From positions 36,768,001 to 36,832,000 of the forward strand of contig NC_058368.1 of NCBI RefSeq assembly GCF_018350175.1: a stretch of DNA of 64,000 bases. Reading direction: 5' to 3'. The translations under genes were made by a program, and so were the position numbers. A model generated the notes under the pieces. It ran no database searches. It worked only from the letters and a program-made list of their open reading frames with translations, and was not told the DNA's origin. Positions 49,043 to 62,977 of the stretch are shown one piece after another; position 1 is the first letter of the stretch; every line of letters begins with the position of its first letter. Origin of the DNA: Felis catus. Taxonomy: Eukaryota.

Positions 49043-50583
49043 GATTCCAAATTTCCTGAAGATTGGAATTGTATCCTTTATTTCTGTATCCTTGATGCTT
49101 AGTAAAGTGCCTGAATATAGGAGTTGCTCAATAAATGATTATTGAATTGAATTAAAAGTGAATATCCATCTGAAACATCTCTTCAGAATTGAGGAATAAA
49201 CAGCACAGGTTTGGAACATGAGTCTCTACAGATGAGAATGCATTTGTCAACACTAAAAATTGTCAACATTTTGGGGTAACTGAAGAAGACTGTGGAATCT
49301 CTACTTTGTGAGCCTTTATAAGAAGATGAAACCTTTATTTCTCTGAGATGGACTTACTTGTGGCCAGAAAATTTTCTGATAGGGACCCTTAAGATTTTTT
49401 CCAGGCCTATACAGAAGTGTAGAAAAAATTTTGTAACATTGAAATAATTTTAATTTCTTTTAAAAGCATATTTTGTGAAGCAATTGGGCCTAGAAACAAA
49501 AACGGATTCATTATAATCCATTCTGAATTGCTGTTGAGGTAAGGAAAAAACCCCAGAAGATAACATTAAATCATTGTGGGATTGCTCACAAGGACTACAG
49601 AGCTCTAAAACCCTTACGGGTTTATTGATGAAAGACAGTATGATTTCTCAAACAAAAGCAAAAACTTTAGAGAAACCAGAGGATTTGAGGCTTTACCTGA
49701 AGTAGTCATGGAAATAAATGTTCTCTTTCTTTCAGTCCATTTGAACTGAGTAAGAAAGAGAGAAGTGCATTTTAATGCTTTTCAAATTCTTTCAGTGTTT
49801 CTGCTACTCTAACTTCAGGGAGCTTCAGGAAACAAGGAAATTCCCCCTCTTGACACTGACTGTTACTTTGGCAGCAGTTAATGGTGAACAGTTTGTCTTT
49901 AATGTGGTCTAGAGAGAAAGGAGCCTCCTATTGGAATGGGTACAGCAATCCTCTAAGGAATCAGGTCCCATTATCTAGGAAACTCTAGGAAAACATGAGG
50001 AAGAAAAAACATGAGACTAATATTCAGTCTTTAGGGTCTGGCGACTGTCAGGTCTGTGATAGGAAGTCCAGTCTGAGCAGAGGTGTGCTGTGGACCATGT
50101 CATTCAGTGGTAGATGATCATAGAGGCAGGCTCTGAAAAGCACTTCAAGATGAACAGAAGTTCAAGGAACAGGCTAGGTTGGGAAATTTTTAGGGTGCCA
50201 TTTGGGTTTGAGGGTTGGGTAGACAGCTATCAGTGATGAGAAAAAAAAGGCTTAAAAAACTTCTGGTATGTTTCACCTAACTGTTTACTTATAGCTTCAC
50301 CTTGTACTGTTCTTCCTCTTTGTAATGCCCTTGCTTTGGGCACTGAGAAATACCCTACATTGTGTCAGTGGTAAGAATTATTCTGCTGTTCAGTGTACTT
50401 TTTTTTTGAAGCTCGTTCATCATGTAATATTATTTCTTGCTGAAATCTGTACTCTTGCATGAGGAAATGCATGGCAATCTCCCATCCCTGAAATATAAAT
50501 ACTTTAAAAAAACAAAAAAAAATTGGCACCTATTGAATAAAAAATTTTTATTTTTATCTCAACTATCTCTAAACATTGCATTT

Positions 50584-50710
50584 ATTTATTTATTTTTTTA
50601 GTTTATTTATTTATTTTGAGAGAGACAGAGACCGTGCAGTTTGGGGAGGGGCAGAGAGAGGGAGAGAGAATCCCAATCAGCCTCTGCACTGATAGTGGGA
50701 CAGGTGCCCC
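50584..50710 (-). mobile_element. CanSINE lacking most of the tRNA-derived head
   Basis: Body jumps CTCTGCACTGATAGTGGGA|CAGGTGCCCC; perfect TSD TAAACATTGCATTT (50570-50583, 50711-50724). Confidence 0.92.
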
Positions 50711-51156
50711 TAAACATTGCATTTGATATTTATTTTTTGTCTCCTTCCTCTTCTTCCCACTACTGCTTGTCTCTGGTTGCTCTGGGGAAGGTTTGGTGTG
50801 GGCTGGGTTCTCAGGCTGATGGAGGCAGTTGTTAAATTGGAATGGACGTGGTATCAGGTGATGGGCGGCTGTGACACAAGTGAGACTTGAAGCAGAGATG
50901 AAAGGTCAGTAGAGATCAAACTGGACAGACTTTAGCCATGAAAGCTGGCTGAAACCGCAGTTTTAAGGTAAGTTCTATTAATAGTTGTGAAAAAGGCTTA
51001 ATGTTCTTATACTGATTTGAAAAAAGTGAGCCTATAGTTTGTCCTGTATGCCAGACTTGGATTATCTGGCTCAAGGCATTTCTCTAATGGAGATACCTTA
51101 GTCTTAAAAAAAAACTGTGCTTGTTACATGTGGTTTAGTTTTCTGATACCATGTGT

Positions 51157-51270
51157 CCAGGGTCACAGCTGTGCAGGATGCACACTGCCCAACTCACAGA
51201 GTTGCCATTTTTAATGACTACACTGTAAACGACCCCTCTCCGGGGTTATGAACTTTCCTCCGAGTGCAAC
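51157..51270. mobile_element. Possible MER91-like palindromic hAT MITE
   Basis: CAGGGTCACAGCTGTGCAGGATGCACACTGCCCAACTC..GCCATT..GACTACACTGTAAACGACCCC resembles MER91. Confidence 0.4.
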
Positions 51271-51598
51271 TTTCCTACCAGAATCCCCTGCTAGTCATGT
51301 CTGTGGACTATGGGTTTTCCTTATAGCCCTGTTTTCCCTAGCAGCACATGTACGCAGGCCTTGATAAATATGGCATTCCTCTGAATATTTACTATAATTT
51401 GTGTTTTATTTATAAAACACCACCTTAAAATGCTTGCATTTCCTTGGTGCGAGAGTGGGGGTTAGGCTGAATTTAGTGCTTCTCCAAGGTACCTGCTACA
51501 TGTCCTTTTGTTTATCTGTTGCCCCATTCCTTCCTCTAAGAGTAAATTTAAGAAGGGAATCTTTCTTTAAGGGTGATCTTTTTGGAAAGAGAAGTGGC

Positions 51599-51806
51599 GG
51601 GGCGCCTGGGTGGCGCAGTCGGTTAAGCGTCCGACTTCAGCCAGGTCACGATCTTGCGGTCCGTGAGTTCGAGCCCCGTGTCAGGCTCTGGGCTGATGGC
51701 TCAGAGCCTGGAGCCTGTTTCTGATTCTGTGTCTCCCTCTCTCTCTGCCCCTCCCCCGTTTGTGCTCTGTCTCTCTCTGTCCCAAAAAAAAAAAAAAAAA
51801 AAAAAG
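51599..51806 (+). mobile_element. Young Felis-type CanSINE with pure A22 tail
   Basis: Near-consensus body; TSD TTGGAAAGAGAAGTGGC (51582-51598, 51807-51823). Confidence 0.97.
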
Positions 51807-53119
51807 TTGGAAAGAGAAGTGGCATGTTGGGAATCAGTATCTTTTAGTAAGATTTAAGCAAAATATATAGCACCCTATCTATCTTTTAATTTCAAACATA
51901 TTTATTTTCTAGAAACTTTAAAATTGACATTATTGTTATGATAGTGAACATTTATTAAGCTCCTATAATTCGCTACCAAAACAAAGCATTATGAGTGGTT
52001 AACCTTTTAGTATATTGTTGTATATAAACAATGTCTAATTGAAATGATATGAAGGCTATAACCTCTAGTCTTTCCATTCTAGGATACCTAAGCCTGTTTA
52101 CATTAACAATTAACATTGTGATTAATCTAAATTCTGATGTGAGTTAAACTCCAGCCCTACAAAACCAGAATGCTTTGGCACCAACTGTTATTGTTGTCTG
52201 GGTATTTCTAACAAATGCTTTAGAATAATTCCCTTTGGCACCATAGGGATGTGCTCTCTGATAGCTTTATTTAGAATTATTCACATTTCTACTGGAGCAC
52301 TCCCTTTAGGTTATAGACTGAAAAGACAAAATAATTGTCTTTGGGGACTGTGATGAGTTATTGAGCTCATTTGGTCAGCCCCAGAGGATCTCATTTGGCT
52401 TTCAGTGTGCTATACTGTTATGTCCAGACATGAAATATATAAAGAGAAAAAGCATCCCATAACAATCTCCTAGTTCCTACGTCTGCATTCTTCCTGCTAT
52501 ATCCAGAATGTTAGCAGGTGCTTTAATCTACAGAATGAAGACCCCAAACCTCAGAGGCCTTTGGCAGTCTGGGGAACCTCTCCCTGGCTGATGTTACATT
52601 GATCACTTTAGATCTCTGATCAGGGTGGGGTCAGAACAAGCCTTAGGAACTTGTACTCTTAGTTCTCCTTATGTTCCACATTTGTGTCTCTATGTGGTTG
52701 GGTAATTGGATGATCCCTTAGCTTTGTGAATACACATGACCTATGAATTATTGAAATTCACGTAAGCTTTTGTTCTCTGCAACTTGAGGACATGGGTTAG
52801 TTGCACACTATTTAAGGATAAGAAAGACATTTTCAGAAAGCAAACACTAAATTTCTACATTTAAGCCCTGACTCTGAACTCCTGTTGACTCTCATCCCCT
52901 CTTGTCTCTATGAGTAGGTAGGTATGGAGCAGAGGTCAAGTAAGACTGTAGAGTTTTGAATTCAAATAGATGTAGACTCCAACCATGCCCCTCCACTTAC
53001 TAACTTCTTGACCTTAGAAAATGTATTTGACTGACCCTAAATTTCCTAATGTGTATAACTGGGAGTTATTAATGCATACTTAATAAATGTGAGGATTTAT
53101 TGTGATAATATAAATTCTT

Positions 53120-53322
53120 GGGACACCTGGGTGGCCCAGTTGGTTGAGTGTGTGACTTCAGCTCAGGTCATAATCTCACAGTGGGTTGGAGCCCCACCTG
53201 GGCCTTTATGCTGGCCTTTGTGCTTACAGCATGGAGTCTGCTCTGTTTCCCTCTCTGCCCCTCCCCGGCTCACGTGCTTAAGCTCTCTCAAAAATAAACA
53301 AACATTAAAACAATTCAAAAAA
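53120..53322 (+). mobile_element. Older CanSINE
   Basis: GGGACACCTGGGTGGCCCAGTTGGTTGAG head and CTCTCTCAAAAATAAAC tail; no clear TSD. Confidence 0.88.
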
Positions 53323-53535
53323 GAGAAAGTGTTTAAATGTAAAATGTTAAAACAATCAAAATTAATGCAAAAAAGGTCCAAGTTGAACAAAATATCAAAA
53401 TTTTAAGTAAAGAGAGAAACCAGCCCTACACTTACATGACTCAACTTTGCCCTATCCTAGCCCTGGAATCAATATTTTACTTCATTTTTTAATAATTCAA
53501 CACGTGGAAAGGATTTCGTTAGGCCATGTTTTCTT

Positions 53536-53763
53536 TTTTTTTTTTTTAATTTTTTTTTTTCAACGTTTATTTATTTTTGGGACAGAGAGAGACAGAGCAT
53601 GAACGGGCAAGGGGCAGAGAGAGAGGGAGACACAGAATCGGAAACAGGCTCCAGGCTCCGAGCCATCAGCCCAGAGCCCAACGCGGGGCTCGAACTCACG
53701 GACCGCGAGATCGTGACCTGGCTGAAGTCGGACGCTTAACCGACTGCGCCACCCAGGCGCCCC
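53536..53763 (-). mobile_element. Young Felis-type CanSINE
   Basis: Near-consensus; TSD GGCCATGTTTTCTT (53522-53535, 53766-53779). Confidence 0.97.
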
Positions 53764-54659
53764 ATGGCCATGTTTTCTTGTATTTACCATCTGAATGCAA
53801 ATTATAAACACAATTATTATTTTCTCATTTGCTGTGCGCCAGCTGGAATTGTGACTTTTCCAGTTTCCTTTCTTTGATAAGAAGAGTGTTCCTGAGATTC
53901 ACTGCTACTAGCGTGCATATACTGACCTTGATTTGTCCCTGAAATTCCACCAGAAAAATTCACTTATTCCCTAAATACCGTATTACTCCACTACTGCACC
54001 TGTATCCTACAAGAGGCTGCGGACAATTGTAAGGAGGTGAGCAGTAGACAGAACATACAAAAAGCTGGTATAACTTTAAGAAACAGATCTACACTAGGGT
54101 ATGGGCACATGTCTCTGTGCTTGGTTTCTTTATTCTCATACTCTTCCAGATAATATGCTTTTACTTTTAAGCCATCTTGCTAGAGGACTAGCCTCCATAT
54201 TCCCTTTCCTGTCTTGAATTTCTCCTTACTTCTTTCTTTCTCTAGCCATAGGGTCTTTAGTAAATATCCCTTCTTTTATTTCTAGTGTATAGAAATAAAA
54301 TTGATTTTTCAACACCTGTCTTGTATCCTGGAACCTTACTGGATTCACTTATTAATTCTGGGAGATTTTTGTAAATTCCTCAGAATTTTCTATGAAGACA
54401 ATCATGTCATCTGCAAATAGGAACAGTTTTATTTCTTCTTTCCAATCTATATACCCTTGATTTCTTTTACATGCCTTATTTTACTAGCTAAAACTTCCAA
54501 CCCTATATTGAATAAGAATGGTGAGAGCAGACATTCTTCCTTGCCTTCTTCTTGATCTTAGATGAAATTAATTTAGTCTTTCACCATTGAGGATGTGAGC
54601 AGCAGGTGTTTTCTATATTCTTATTATCAAGTTGAGGAAATTTTTTTCCTCAGAGTTTT

Positions 54660-54713
54660 TTTTTTAATGTTTATTTATTTTTGAGAAAGAGAGAGCACAA
54701 GTGGAGGAGAGGC

Positions 54714-54746
<33 letters not shown>

Positions 54747-54866
54747 CAGGCTTCAGGCTCTGAGCTGTCAGCACAGAGCTTGACATGGGGCTCAAACCCA
54801 CGACCTGTGAGATCATGACCTGAGCCTAAGTCAGATGTTCAACCAAGTGAGCCACTCAGGTGTCCC
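54660..54866 (-). mobile_element. CanSINE inside L1
   Basis: TSD CTCAGAGTTTT (54649-54659, 54868-54878). Confidence 0.93.
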
Positions 54867-55652
54867 TCTCAGAGTTTTCATGTTAAAAATTCTGGTTTTG
54901 TCAAATGCTTTTTGTATATAAATTGATACAATAATGTGGTTTTTCTTCTTTTGCCTGTTGATGTGATGAGTTACATTAATTGATTTTCGTAGGTTAAACC
55001 AGCCTTGCATCCCTGAAATAAACCCCATTTGGTCATGGTGTCTGATTCTTTTTACATATTGCCAGATTATATTTGCTAATATTTTTGTTAAGAATTTTTG
55101 TGTTTGTAGTATTCATGAGGAATAATGGTCTATAGTTTTCTTATTTTGTACTGACTTTTCTAGTTTTATATCTGAGTAATATTAGCTTCATGAATTGAAT
55201 CAAGAAGTGTTTTTTCCTCTTCTTTTTTCTGGAAGAACTTGTACAGAAATGGCATTAATTTTTCTTTAAATATTTGATTGAATTAACCAGTGAAATAATC
55301 TGTGCTAGGAGAGTTCTCTTTTTGGAGTTTTTAAATTATCAGTTCAATTTCCTTAACAGTTAGACCTATTCAAATTATCTGTTTCATGTTGTCTGAGTTG
55401 TGGTAGCTTTGTTTTTTGAGAAATTGAATTGATCCATTTCTATATTGATGTGTATAGAATTCCCTTATTATCTTTCTGATATCTACAAGTTCTATACTGT
55501 CCCAATCCTAGTATTGTAATGTGTATTTTCTTTTTGTCAGGTTTTCTGGAATTTTGTGAATGTTGATGATGTTTTCAAATATTTAACTTTTTACTTGATT
55601 TTTTCTATTGTCTTTCTGTTTTCAATTTCAATTTCTTTTTTCTTGCTGTAGG

Positions 55653-55658
55653 TTTATT

Positions 55659-55709
<51 letters not shown>
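55653..55709. repeat. (TTTA)n microsatellite
   Basis: Read directly. Confidence 0.9.
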
Positions 55710-55851
55710 GGTTCTTGAGGTGGGAACTAAAATTCTTGAGACTTTACAACTCTTCTCTATTTGTAAACATTTAGTTCTTTAAATTTTCCTCTCAGTACTG
55801 GTTTAGCCATATAGTGCAATACAAATTTTGGTATGTTTTATTTCTATTTTC

Positions 55852-55879
55852 TTTTTTCTTTAAAGATTTATTTATTTGT

Positions 55880-55914
<35 letters not shown>

Positions 55915-56095
55915 GAGAGACAGAGGAAGTGGGGGGAGGGACAGAGAGAGAGGGGGAGAGAGAATTACAAGCAAGCTTTGTGCTGTCAGCGATGGAGCCT
56001 GATGTGGGGCTTGATTGAATTCATCAGCTGTGAGATCATGACCTGCTCTGAAACCAAGAGCCAATACTTAACCAACTGAGCCACCCGGATGCCCC
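55852..56095 (-). mobile_element. CanSINE inside L1 with (TTTA)n tail
   Basis: TSD TGTTTTATTTCT(A/G)TTTTC (55834-55851, 56096-56113). Confidence 0.93.
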
Positions 56096-57184
56096 TGTTT
56101 TATTTCTGTTTTCATTAACTTCATATAAATTTTTTATTTTCTTTGTGACTTCTTTGAATGAAGTAATGAGTATGCCTCATTACTGTTCCCAGTTGATTTC
56201 CACTGACACCATGGGGTTTATGCTTTTTTTTGCTGGGAGGTAATGGAAGTTGACTCTCCACTAGACTTCTCTGACACCACCCCAGCAGGGAGCTGGCAGG
56301 GATCCTTGTTACTACCAGTTGGGAGTAGAAATCCTTCCTCCCCATGTGGTCTCCACTGATATTTCTGGCTGGAGGAGAAGCTTGTTACTGTCTAATAGGA
56401 TGAATGTCATGCCTTCTATCCAGCTCTCTCTGACACCATCCTGGAAGGGTGTGATGTATTGCTTCTTTATAGCGAGGTGAGTGTGAAACTCTTGGCTCCC
56501 CACTCAGGTTTAGTTGGCACTAGTAGAGGTGGGGTCATAATTTTTTTTCTTTTGTATTTGTTGTAGTAGTGTCTTAATTGTCCAAATGCTTTTTCTTTCT
56601 TGTTAGACTGCCCCCTTTCCAATCCTTTGACTAGATAAAGTAGACTTTTGTTTTTCCTTTTTTGTTTTCATCCGTTTATGCTTCTGAGTTGCTAGCTTCT
56701 TCATCTCCAAATGTGAAATATGTGAAGCGAGAAGGAAATTCAGGGGATTCACCTTTGTTGTTCCTTAGGTCACAAGGTCCCTCGCTGGACTGCCTTCTTC
56801 TCTTAAACTCTCAGTTCTATCGTAGTTCTATATGTAAAGTCCATGTTTTTTAGTTTTATTTAGTGGGAAGAATAGGTAAAATTATATCAGTTTCATCTTT
56901 CTGAAAGTAGAAGTCTCCCTTTGATGATTTTTGATGCTTTATTTTATATCAACATTATATCAATGTCTTATTTATGATAAGGTATGCTAGTTCTACATGA
57001 TATTTTATACTAATATAATGAAACTACAACTTTTAAGTTTTGTGATGGTAGTTCACTATTTAAATTGGTCTAGCTTTATAATATATTTTAATATTTGGTT
57101 AGATTAATCTCTTTCAAGTTCCTGGTGAACTTTAGAGCTAAAATGTCAACACAACTTCGGACATCATCAAGAACAATATTAGGA

Positions 57185-57405
57185 GGGGCGCCTGGGTGGC
57201 GCAGTCGGTTAAGCGTCCGACTTCAGCCAGGTCATGATCTCGCGGTCCGTGAGTTCGAGCCCCGCGTCGGGCTCTGGGCTGATGGCTCAGAGCCTGGAGC
57301 CTGTTTCCGATTCTGTGTCTCCCTCTCTCTCTGCCCCTCCCCCGTTCATGCTCTGTCTTTCTCTGTCCCAAAAATAAATAAACGTTGAAAAAAAAATTTA
57401 AAAAA
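57185..57405 (+). mobile_element. Young Felis-type CanSINE
   Basis: Near-consensus; perfect 16-bp TSD AAGAACAATATTAGGA (57169-57184, 57406-57421). Confidence 0.98.
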
Positions 57406-59671
57406 AAGAACAATATTAGGAAACAAATCTTTCTATTAGCCCTCTTTAAAAATGCAGACTACAGTAAGTGTAGTGACATCAGCGGCTATTTGAATTGCCC
57501 TTGAAGGATGTGTTAGAACAAGAAAAGCCCTAGAACAGGTAGCCCAAGTAGGTGCAGCTTAGATAATGTAGACATAGATTTACTCAGTAAGTCCCCAAAG
57601 ATTTGAATAAGAAATAGTCATTGATACCTCAGCGATTTTAGGAGAATTAAGCAGGACTTTTCATATTTGGTATAAAAATAATAGAGCTCTGACTGACGCC
57701 TCAATACAACAGCTCACCTTCCATTTGGAGGAATTGGTACTACCACACATAACACAATTTCTCAGGACAGTCACACTTAATTACGTTTTTCCAGGACTGG
57801 CCTTTTCTATCCTTTAAAAAACGTATAGTACTTCCATTCCAGTGTAAGTGAAGTGATACATATTTATTGATGTCCAGTAACTCTCTTTCATTGTGGAATT
57901 TCTTGGTTAGAAATAAACACTTTTTCTTTTCCCAGCTCCTTGCAATCAACTGCTTTTCTTTCGCTTATGTATTTCTGGGATCAAATTGACAAATCCTATT
58001 CAAGTGCCTGTTTTGCCTTAGCATTTAACTTACCTCTGGTCCTTTATACGTTTTGCTGGTTATTCACCTGGCAAAAATCATTCAGCAATTTCCCAATTAA
58101 CCAATCTGGCAACATGGTGGGGCTCAAAGGCATAACTAACTATGAATGAGAATCTAACTATATCAGAGACTCCATGTCTCTTTTTCACTTACTTGTTTTA
58201 AAAAATAAGAGTTGAGCTTTGCTTTGAAATACATTTGACACTTTTTTCTTCTTTCTGGTGAAGATTTCAGGACACTATTGAATTAGTAATGTATGTTAGT
58301 ATATACTGTTACAGTCATAATTTTAAAATAGAAGTATTCAGGAAGCCAAGCAATTAAGTTTTTAATGTAGAAATAAATATCTTTAGCTTATGTGGGATGA
58401 GTCAGTTTTTAGTAATTAGTGTTTAAAAGCTGGAAATTGACAATAATATTGTTCTTTCAAACAATGGTCATGTAACTATATAGTTTACATGAAGATTGAG
58501 TTGTGGTAATTAAAATTTGGGGATTGTTTTTATTTTGGTTATTTTATGATTATCTTCCATTATATTTGGAGAATTTAATTCTAACAGTTGGAATTTATGT
58601 AAAATTGATTAGAGTGTTCAATTTTTCCTTTCACAAAATATGAGAATTTTGAGTTATAAGATATTATGTAATTAAAGAGCACAATTAATAGTTTGGAATT
58701 TTTATATTTTTAAGAAATATCTGCTCATATAAAAAAGACATTTCAGAGTTTTTACAATGACAACATTCTTATTTATTAATATCCTTTTCATTTATATCAC
58801 TTGAAAGTTATGTTTCAATCATTTGCTTGTGACTGAGAAAATAATTTTCCTAAACATATAATATCCCTGTAAATTAAATGTCTTACCCTTATTGCCATTT
58901 GAATTATGATAGTAATTTCTAGTAACCAGTAAGTGAGTGTGTTTTTTTATTTCTTACCATTTATCCATGCAAATAATTAACCTGGTAGCCTCAATTATAT
59001 ACTTTTCTTTAATTAAAAGATTGGAAAAAGTGAATTGTCTTTTGCTTTCCTTGCCACAACCCAATATGATTTCACTAATCTATACAGACTAGTGTGAACA
59101 TAAGAATAATTCTGGCAATCATTTTATTTAAATTAATGTTTGCAAGAAGTGATTTCCAAAGTTGGAGGAAGAGGGGAGAGGAGATGATGACAAATTCTCC
59201 AAACACATGACAGAAAGAAAATACAATTAATGAAAGAATGAAGTACTTCAGAGAAGGTGAAAATGTTGAAAAATGTGTACATTTACATTAACTGGGGGAG
59301 GGTCTAATGAATATAGAAACACCGAAATAATGTGCCCATCCTAGGGAGATTAAGTTTACTGTGTTACTGATCCCAAGAAATGACATTGTATCTAAATATA
59401 ATGGCTAGATAAAATAAAAAAAAATGTTAGTGTAATGAAACCTACATAGAGACTGTGACTCCCTAAACCCATACGTGAATTGAGAACGGGACCAAGAAAG
59501 ATGCCTTGTTCATGATTTTAAATCAGGCCTTTGAAAGTGACTAAAATGATTATTTCAGAATGTTAAACATTTGTGAATCAAGAAAATAGCCTTATTTTTA
59601 TCCTCATTAAGCCAGAGAGGGCACAGTTTGAAAGTAGGGGTATAAATAAAGGAACATACACTGTCCTGCAT

Positions 59672-59734
59672 AATGAAATGAAATGAAATGAAATGAAATG
59701 AAATGAAATGAAATGAAATGAAATGAAATGAAAT
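59672..59734. repeat. (AATGA)12 pentanucleotide microsatellite
   Basis: Read directly. Confidence 0.95.
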
Positions 59735-59862
59735 AGAATAAAATAAAAACTACAACTGGCAGCCATATAAATCATCAGACAATTAAAAACATACTTATCT
59801 TTTTCCTTATGGATCTGGATTGTACTGTCTCTGAGGAACAATCATTTTTACTTTGGGGATTG

Positions 59863-59906
59863 GTGTGTGTGTGTGTGTGTGTGTGTGTGTGCATGCGCGT
59901 GCATGT
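59863..59906. repeat. (TG)n microsatellite with RY tail
   Basis: Read directly. Confidence 0.92.
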
Positions 59907-61441
59907 GGGTGGTTTTTGCTAGGTATGGTGATTAATACGTTACCTGCTTTTAACAACTGGAAAAACAAGTACACTTACCTGAGACCACACTGGTGAAGAG
60001 AAGTCAGGTGGGCTGGACTGACATTCACGTTCTGACTGCTCTGTAGAACCTGGTTGCCAAAGCCACCTTGGTTTTTCTTTTGCTGACCCTGTAACAGTTC
60101 TTTGTGGACGTGGGAGATGAAATGTTGCAGTGAAATCAATAACTGTATTTTGTGGGGAAGTTTCCTCAAAGAGGACAGAGATTAAAAGATGGAAAGACTG
60201 TTCTGTATGGAATTGGTAGAGTATTTATGGGGATAGAATTGAAGATAGGGGAGCACATTTAGAAACTGGGAATATTCACGAGGGATGAATGTTTTATAAA
60301 GATTTTTACTTCCTAAATGCTGTTCCCTTTGACTACAAGAAAAGTCATGTTTGCTAGAGAATTTAACTTTTTCTCTTTTAGTTTTTCCTACATCTATTTC
60401 CAATGCTTCACTACAATCTGATATGCACTTAAAAACTTGTGTGTATGTTGTAAAGAATAAAGTGACAGAAGTGGAGGGAAATATGTACGACCTACCTCAT
60501 TCATTCCTGTCTAACATTTATTATACCAATAGAACCTCTCAAAAAGAGTGGTGATCTATTGAAGAGAATGTGTATTTAAAAAAAAAAAAACAAAAAAAAT
60601 TAAGTAGGGGCCTATGGTAGTGCTGAGGATGATGGAGAGAAGTGGATATATTGATGAAGCAGCTTTTGGGTCATCTTCTGGAAGGTGTTCTAGGAGGGGG
60701 ATGGGAAAGAGATTGATGGGGTTTCACAGTTAAATAAATATTAATGAAAATTTTCCTCAGCTCTTATCTCGGTTCTTTCCAGTGGTGCTTGACTTGGATA
60801 GAAATGGTTCTAGTTATATGAAGCAAATGTAATTCTATTTTATTCTAAAGGAATCACTTCTAATGATAATTTCTTTTCTAAAATACTCTTTCTACCCTAG
60901 ACATACTTTGGAATGAGTCCTTAATGATTAAAGTCTTTAGAATGTAATCTTTATGAAGGTTTTAATTATGGCTCTTTTATTTGGAGCATCTTTTCTAAAA
61001 ACAGGAAGAATTAAAACTTCACAGGCTAATTTCTTTTATCTACGATTCATGTTACTTAACTTTGCCCTCGGTGTTATTACAAGGTGTTTCCTTGGTCTCT
61101 TGCCTGATATCAGTGTATAATTTATTTTGTTGTTAAAAAACACATTTGGGATGTTTATTTTCTAAGTCAGTTCCCTTATATCCATTGTTAGGACCTTACA
61201 TAACCTTGCCCTTAGAGGATTTTGATTTAGCTACATAACAAAAGTCTTTCTGTTTTTGTATTGTTTTATCCTGTGGCCTTGTGTCCACTTTGTAATTGTG
61301 TATGTTCTATTCCCTGTAGTAGTAATTCCACATATGGGGATTATACACCTTTAGCTGTGAATGCAGACTTTGTACCCAGTCCCTCTTTGGGGAGAGAGTT
61401 TAGCTGTAAGTCTTATCATCTCATCAAAAATGCCCCAAACC

Positions 61442-61661
61442 GGGGCGCCTGGGTGGCGCAGTCGGTTAAGCGTCCGACTTCAGCCAGGTCACGATCCCGC
61501 GGTCCGTGAGTTCGAGCCCCGCGTCAGGCTCTGGGCTGATGGCTCAGAGCCTGGAGCCTGTTTCCGATTCTGTGTCTCCCTCTCTCTCTGCCCCTCCCCC
61601 GTTCATGCTCTGTCTCTCTCTGTCTGAAAAATAAATAAACGTTGAAAAAAAAAATTAAAAA
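61442..61661 (+). mobile_element. Young Felis-type CanSINE
   Basis: Near-consensus; perfect 16-bp TSD AAAAATGCCCCAAACC (61426-61441, 61662-61677). Confidence 0.98.
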
Positions 61662-62641
61662 AAAAATGCCCCAAACCTAAAAAAGATTAAGAAGCCTTGC
61701 AAGAGAAAGCCATCTAGAGTTTTTGCAGTACTCAGTGATCCTTGTAAATAGGGATAGGCCAAAATGGTTGAACACAGAAATCCATATGTCAGGGACATCC
61801 ATTGTGATGGTGAGGGTTGGGGCTGGTGGGGGCAAGAGGAAAAAGATGGGTGCGAGGATAGGTAAAGTCTGACATTGCTTTCTTTTGTGCTTTTTTTTTT
61901 TTTTAAAGTACAGTTACTCAGTGTTCATTGACAGTGATATGTGAAACACTTCATTTTTTTGCTAGAATTTGAGATATAATTACAAAGATTTATTTCTAAG
62001 AGAAGAAATGTTGATATTTCTATGCAGTTCCTGAACTTGTAATGACATCTGTTTGTTCATTTTTCTTAGCCTTCTGCATTCCTGTTGTGTCTTGGATAAT
62101 TGGCAGAATTGGTGTAACCCACTATGTACATATAAATAGATTTAAGTGTATTTTTGATCAAAACCTTGAGTTTTCTTTGTGTTTCTTTTTTAAATTTTAA
62201 GAGAAACTTGCAAGCAGTCTTTGATGAGTCTATCTTACCCAACTGCCATCTTTACTCTCCTGTATATTGCAAGTATCCGTTGAATCCACTTTTTATTCTT
62301 CAAGTTCATCATTGTTGTTGCCTGAGTTTAGGTTGGATTATTCAGTGGCTCCCCAACTGATCTTCCTGCTTATGGCCTAAATTCCATGAATTCACCTGTC
62401 ATATATCTACAGAACTGAGCCTTCTAAAATGCATACCTAATCTTACAGCTTCCCAGCTGAAAACCCTTCAACGGACTTTTACAACTTCTGTGATCACTTG
62501 CAAACTACTTGGCTTAAGCACAGAGGAAGCTCCACGTAAAATAGATTCTATAACTATCTTCAACGTTTACTGCCTTGCACATGAGTCATAGGATCTACAT
62601 ATAGCATCTGGCACGGGTCACAATATGTTATTGCTTTGTAG

Positions 62642-62687
62642 AAAACAAAACAAAACAAAACAAAACAAAACAAAACAAAACAAAACA
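62642..62687. repeat. (AAAAC)n microsatellite
   Basis: Read directly. Confidence 0.93.
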
Positions 62688-62977
62688 CCCAACAATAACC
62701 ACTTCATCTTAATCAATCAGTAGCCAGCATTTAGTGAGCACATACTCAGAAACTGGCATCAAGTTTTGCATTTATGTATATTATCTCATGTAATCACAAA
62801 ACAGATCCACATAGTAAAAGTGCTATTTTTAGACTCATTTTACTGAGGGATAATAAAACTTGATGATGGATACACTTAGAATAAATGCAAGTAAGTTCAA
62901 ACCCAGAGGTCTCTGACTCTTCTCATATATTACTTTCTGTACCTAAAATATTCTTCCTCTCCTACATAGTAATCCAT

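Larger units (their letters stand above)
54270..56915 (-). mobile_element. Ancient internally deleted L1M (ORF2 RT region joined to an old 5' region), interrupted by two SINEs
   Basis: Minus-strand LFLFADDMIVFIEN (about 54426-54385); ORF 54831-55028 [37 protein letters not shown] (L1 RT); repeated CTGACACCA units 56170-56520 typical of old L1 5' ends. Confidence 0.85.

Noticed and set aside
50816..50973. Plus-strand AAG|GTAAGT donor with an upstream AG
   Set aside because: All three frames contain stops and the acceptor is weak; no support as a coding exon.
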